This document shows positions 61,869 to 64,000 of a stretch of DNA of 64,000 nt, piece by piece. The translations under genes were made by a program, and so were the position numbers. The number at the start of each line of letters is the position of its first letter. The first letter of the stretch is position 1. The DNA lies in NCBI GenBank assembly GCA_964016885.1, contig OZ024740.1, positions 311,984,001 through 312,048,000 on the forward strand, read 5' to 3'. Under the pieces are notes generated by a model, which searched no databases, was not told the origin of the DNA, and was given only the letters and a program-made list of their open reading frames with translations. Source of the stretch: Eledone cirrhosa (lineage: Eukaryota).

Positions 61869-62071
61869 TTCATATTTTATATAAAGAATGAGTAGATTTC
61901 CAAAAGTCTCTGGTGGAAAAGTTGGCTGTTGCATGAGGAATTGAAGCTTGCCAAAGCCTCTAGTTGGTTCAGCGTCCATGTTGATAAGTGCCTGATTATG
62001 TAAAGTTACTACATCTAGCTCCTCTTCAGAACGTGGTGGCATGTCAGTAAGTGCTTCACGTGCTGCTTTTA
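61869..62071 (-). CDS. TTC30: TTC30 coding exon (KAAREALTDMPPRSEEELD...PETFGNLLILYIKYE)
   Basis: tctAG / GTaaat. Confidence 0.96.
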
Positions 62072-62722
62072 CTAGAAATATGAGAAAATAAAAATACATA
62101 TTAAAGAATACATATGTGTGTATGTGTATGCGGGTGATAAATCCCACATCTGGCATCAAGATAGACATTTTGTGATAAAATTGTTTGATACTAGATCAGT
62201 CCTAATTTAATTTTGATGTCTGCATATAAATAGGCATCATAACCATCCTCATCATTTAACATCTGTTTTCCTTGCTAGCAGAGATTGGATGGGTTGTTAC
62301 AGTCAGTACTCAAGTGGAGTTACTGGCCTCTTTAACAGACTGGAGACCAGCATCTTTCTTACATAGTTTCCAATATTCTACCAAGTGCCCAAACAGGCCA
62401 GGCGCCTGCATTTTACATGTTCTTGTGCTCTACTGAGTGCATTCTATCATGGCACCAACACTTGGGAGGCTGTCATATCTTTGATCAGTCATATCTTTGA
62501 CACAGCTGAAGAGTCCTCCCTACCCTTCGTTTGGCAGGTTTTCTATGGTGCAATGCCATTCCTATTACCAACTAAATACTAAGCTAAGAAAAAACAGTAC
62601 TCTTTGACTTAAATAAATACATTAAATGCAAGCATTTGTAGATCTGAAGATTTTAAAGACTTTTATAAATTAGAACAAATGAGAAAATAAAAATAAAGAA
62701 TGAGTTCTATTACCCAACTTAC

Positions 62723-62851
62723 TATTTTTTAGCTGATATTCAATGTTAGCTTTAAGATTGAAGGCCTGTACAAGTCCAGTCTCTTGCAATACCAAAGTGT
62801 TACCAACACTCCTTGTTTCAAGCCCCATTGTAGTCATGCCAATATCAAGGT
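62723..62851 (-). CDS. TTC30: TTC30 coding exon (LDIGMTTMGLETRSVGNTLVLQETGLVQAFNLKANIEYQLKN)
   Basis: tgtAG / GTaagt. Confidence 0.95.
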
Positions 62852-63113
62852 CTACAATTAAAAATTAATAGAAATAATATTGATGGCAACAAATATTTTG
62901 TTATTACAAATATGAAAGTAAACATTTCATGTTGTCGTGTAGAAGTAATTGACAGTGTTTGTTACTTAGGTGACCTAATTAACAATTGAGGAGGTTGAAA
63001 ACATAGTAGCTAGAATGGAAAAAGTTTAGGGAGCTACTATCTCTGTTGACAACAAAGGGATTTTCTCTATGGGTTCTTGCATGAAATTGTGATGAAAAGT
63101 TTATATATATACT

Positions 63114-63366
63114 AATACAAGTTAATATAAATTAATATATGATAAACACATAAGTGTTTGTATTGTAAAAGACAAAGTTAGCTAGAATGAAATAAACTAA
63201 TTTAATTGTGCTTTTATTTTATTGATTTTATTGATTTATTATTTTAAATCGAGACAGGCAAACTATATTTTTATTTAAATTAGTTTATTTCATTCTAGCT
63301 AACTTAGTCTTTTACAATACAAACACTTATGTGTTTATCATATATTAATTTATATTAAGTTGTATT
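63114..63366. repeat. Long inverted repeat, 92-bp arms, 69-bp spacer
   Basis: 63114-63205 versus reverse complement of 63275-63366: 2 mismatches by eye. Confidence 0.9.
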
Positions 63367-63550
63367 TCACGGCTCGGAAATGCTTCTTTCTTTGAGCTAA
63401 TTAATTGTAAAGGACTGTTTGAGTTTATAACTCTAAATATAATATAATATATATACTAATATAAATTTAATAATTTCATTAGGGTAAGATATTGTCTAGA
63501 CAAATGTATCCACATTATGCATGTTTATATGATAATATGTTTTATATATA

Positions 63551-63588
63551 CTAGCAGAAAAACCACCCTAGGGTGGTTTTTCTGCTAG
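63551..63588. repeat. Perfect 38-bp palindrome
   Basis: CTAGCAGAAAAACCACCCT|AGGGTGGTTTTTCTGCTAG. Confidence 0.95.
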
Positions 63589-64000
63589 AATGTGTAGTGT
63601 GTATATTGATATTATACATGTAGATATGATACATCAAATAAAATCGTAATTGACAATATACACAGAAATTGAATGAAGTCTATGTTACACTGTCTTCTGT
63701 AATCAGTAAAGTAATCCATGATATATTTTAAAAAATATATTATATATAAACTGCATTAGGAGAAAATTAGTGATGGAAATATATATGATATTTTTATAAG
63801 TGTTATAATATAAGGGCTGCTAACTGGAAGTGTTGACATTTGAAAATTTTAAAGAAGTGAATCTTTAAATAAGCTATAAAATATATTTAATCAACAGCCA
63901 CGAAATTTAGCACATAAATTATGTAATATTCATTCATTATTTATTCAAAGTAATCCAACTTATTTTACAAACGGGGTAAAAAAATATATTCTGGATGCAG

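Larger units (their letters stand above)
43187..62851 (-). other. TTC30: TTC30/IFT70 (fleer/DYF-1) gene body, 10 coding exons in window, 5'-partial
   Basis: 10 GT-AG exons join in frame (1313 nt). Conserved blocks: RSVGNTLVL, LTDMPPRSEEELD, FPPETFGNLL, FDLAADVLAENAHLT, SVEFCNDHDTWKLNVAHVLFMQE, AIVLANLCVSYIMT, HLCIVN..IGTLYCAKGNYEFGISRVIKSLEPY, GKNTV.YEAR. Confidence 0.96.

Overview
AT-rich, repeat-dense eukaryotic DNA, most likely a cephalopod (octopus), inferred from the repeat repertoire. It holds two intron-rich genes that converge. HACL1 (2-hydroxyacyl-CoA lyase 1) is on the + strand with 16 coding exons at 1623-42735; its 5' exons lie upstream of the window and it ends in a peroxisomal -SKL. 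TTC30/IFT70 (fleer) is on the - strand with 10 coding exons at 62851-43187; its 5' exons lie beyond the window. The two stop codons are only ~450 bp apart. The introns contain two recent, full-length but defective CsRn1-like Ty3/gypsy LTR retrotransposons, each with a tRNA-Trp PBS, a CHCC Gag motif and a G-GGA-AAC frameshift site followed by a predicted pseudoknot. They also contain CR1 and RTE LINE copies, tRNA-derived SINEs, piggyBac-type and hAT-type MITEs, a deleted Helitron, a ~3 kb satellite array and several palindromes. The most interesting signal is a small family of non-coding repeats carrying type I hammerhead ribozyme motifs (46231-46301 -, 51572-51628 +, 13110-13166 -). Two copies have an upstream octamer motif. 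One shows a 328-bp period with a perfect 44-bp terminal redundancy. Together these suggest a retrozyme / newt-satellite-2-like system, with one copy in sense orientation inside the TTC30 pre-mRNA. All calls were made by eye; repeat boundaries are approximate unless TSDs are quoted.
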